Assembly: GCA_002269645.1 (NCBI GenBank) | Contig: NIVC01000092.1 | Span: 248,001-312,000, forward strand | From: Macrostomum lignano | Taxonomy: Eukaryota | Direction of reading: 5' to 3' | Length of the DNA: 64,000 bases | In this document: piece after piece, positions 62,130 to 64,000 of the stretch | How positions within the stretch are numbered: the stretch's first letter is position 1 | Layout: each line of letters starts with the position of its first letter | The notes under the pieces: generated by a model | Told to the model about the DNA's origin: nothing | The model's database searches: none | What the model saw: the letters and a program-made list of their open reading frames with translations, nothing else | Made by a program: the position numbers and the translations under genes

Positions 62130-62480
62130 GTGAATGGAATGAGGTGGTAGGCCATTATAGCAGTTTCAGCCAATAGGAGTGAATGGAATGAGGTGGTTGG
62201 CCATTATAGCAGTTTCAGCCAATAGGAGTGAATGGAATGAGGTGGTTGGCTATTATAGCAGTTTCAGCCAATAGGAGTGAATGGAATGAGGTGGTTGGCT
62301 ATTATAGCAGTTTCAGCCAATAGGGAGTGAGTGGAGTGAGGTGGTTGGCTATTATAACAGTTCAGCCAATAGGAGTGAGTGGAGTGAGGTGGTTGGCTAT
62401 TATAGCAGTTTCAGCCAATAGGGAGTGAGTGGAGTGAGGTGGTTGGCTATTATAACAGTTCAGCCAATAGGAGTGAGTGG
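62130..62480. repeat. ~49-bp minisatellite (GGAGTGAATGGAATGAGGTGGTTGGCTATTATAGCAGTTTCAGCCAATA)
   Basis: Downstream of the NUDT21 stop. Confidence 0.92.
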
Positions 62481-63569
62481 AGCGAGGGTTGTGGTCTTTT
62501 TGATAAGTTATTTTTTAAATTAAATGATGCCCTCTCCGTAAGCCTGTCTAAAAAGTAGTCATTTTCCTATTTTCTAATAATAAGGAATTAAAAACGCTGT
62601 AAAACCTACTCTAAGTACTAATTTGTACAATTTTTTACATGCATTGAGTTTTAATAGGTCAATCTCTTAAGGACTAGCATTACTAGCATCAAGCATTTGA
62701 TTAGGCTAAGTAAGTTTCTAATTATTTAGAATTTATTCCAACGTGTTACTCTGTTCATCTATTGCCTGTTGTTAACAATGCTTTTTATGTATTTATGCTG
62801 AGTAATAATTAGTGCATATTGATTATTGAATATGCTTTGCGTTTTCCCATTTCGAGCTGCGTTTGTTGGCCCAATCCTGGTGAAATTTCAACATCTGAAT
62901 TAATAAACCAAAACTGCTTGCTTGTGTCGCTGTGTCACGTGCTGTCCCCTTTGTATAAATAAAAACCATATTAATTTGTAGTTTGTATTTGTTTATTATT
63001 TTGCTCATTATTCAGAATATTTAACTCCATTGGGGCCTAACCATGCTGTCTGACTACTGACTTCTGTGCGTGTTAAAGTATCTATATCTATAGGTCTCTT
63101 ATCGATACCCCGTTGAAAACGTTGTATACCGTGATAAGAATCGCTAGTCGTTGAAAACAAATTTCTAGTGACTCTGAGCCGATTTTTTGGCTGTTTAACG
63201 ACTTAAACGACTGTAATGCAACGGAGAGGCGACTGTTGAGAGTCACGAGCGCATAAATGAGTCTCGATAAAGTCGTCCAAAAGTTGTCGTGTTAGCGCTT
63301 ATCTTTCTAATAAATCAAGTAGACTTTGAGTTGTTAGAGATGACGCAGATGCGCTTCCGACGGGGCATTCTACGCTCGTACAGTCGACGCCAGCACGCCT
63401 CAGATGCGACTACTACGGCCCTTGAGTCAGTTAATAAGCGCCCCAGAATCGTAGACAATAAAAACGCCTCAAATTGGCTCTTAGGCGTCGTGTGGAGTCA
63501 CAATTCTTTCCTATTTTGCCTTTGTTACCTGCAACTACCCTGAAATGACTCTAGGTCAATGACTCTGGC

Positions 63570-63725
63570 TAGTATAGCAGTTTCAGCCAATAGGATCAGT
63601 GAATGGAGTGAGGTGGGTGGTTATTATAATAGCTTCAGCCAATAGGAATGAATGGAGTGAGGTGGGTGGCTATTATAATAGCTTCAGCCAATAGGAGTGA
63701 GAGGAGTGAGGTGGCTGGCTATTAG
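63570..63725. repeat. Second array of the ~49-bp minisatellite
   Basis: Same unit as 62130-62480. Confidence 0.85.
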
Positions 63726-63906
63726 CAAACACATCTTCAAGAACCGTATAGCAATAACATGCATGTATAATAATTTTAGTAGGGCTGCGGGCGCGCGAAG
63801 ACAATTCTGCCAATTCCGCCTGATTCTTGAGCACACACAATTAAAGAGCCAATAACTAACGTTATACTCAGGGCATGTAGGATGTACAACGGCCCTGACT
63901 TTCTAA

Positions 63907-63940
63907 CATGGACAACTAGAGTAGACTCTAGTTGTCCATG
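63907..63940. other. 34-bp hairpin-forming inverted repeat flanked by an 8-bp direct repeat
   Basis: CATGGACAACTAGAGT-AG-ACTCTAGTTGTCCATG, with CTTTCTAA at 63899-63906 and 63941-63948. Confidence 0.85.
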
Positions 63941-64000
63941 CTTTCTAATCGTCGCATGTACACTCTGCGCCCTTGCAGGTTGGCCCTCAGGGCTGTGGAT

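Overview
Eukaryotic (metazoan) genomic DNA with short GC-rich exons and introns filled almost edge to edge with minisatellites. This style suggests a flatworm such as Macrostomum, but that is inference only. Genes rebuilt by hand from GT-AG sites and intron phase: (1) 3' end of a SOS-like RasGEF (+, <1-5761); (2) a multi-CUB-like single-pass membrane protein gene (-, about 8974-12145) with frameshifts and in-frame TAGs; (3) a divergent TRPV-like channel (-, 13477-18578); (4) a TRIM2/3-like RING-B-box-coiled-coil-filamin-NHL gene (+, 34643-43653); (5) RBM26/27 (-, 47843-56086); (6) NUDT21/CFIm25 (+, 60682-62077). The most unusual region is 19.4-30.4 kb. It is an ~11 kb unit bounded by long terminal inverted repeats and holds a decayed Mutator-type transposase, a convergent and apparently intact second gene for a Gln/Met-rich coiled-coil protein, two inverted arrays of one minisatellite, and nested elements. 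The nested elements are a hAT with a perfect 8-bp TSD, a mariner relic, and a 299-bp MITE carrying 64 bp of 28S rRNA at the R2/Pokey/I-PpoI target site. A second equally spaced 28S-like relic lies at 31.8 kb. Most long ORFs in the supplied track are artefacts of tandem repeats. No database searches or alignments were run; family calls rest on recalled motifs.
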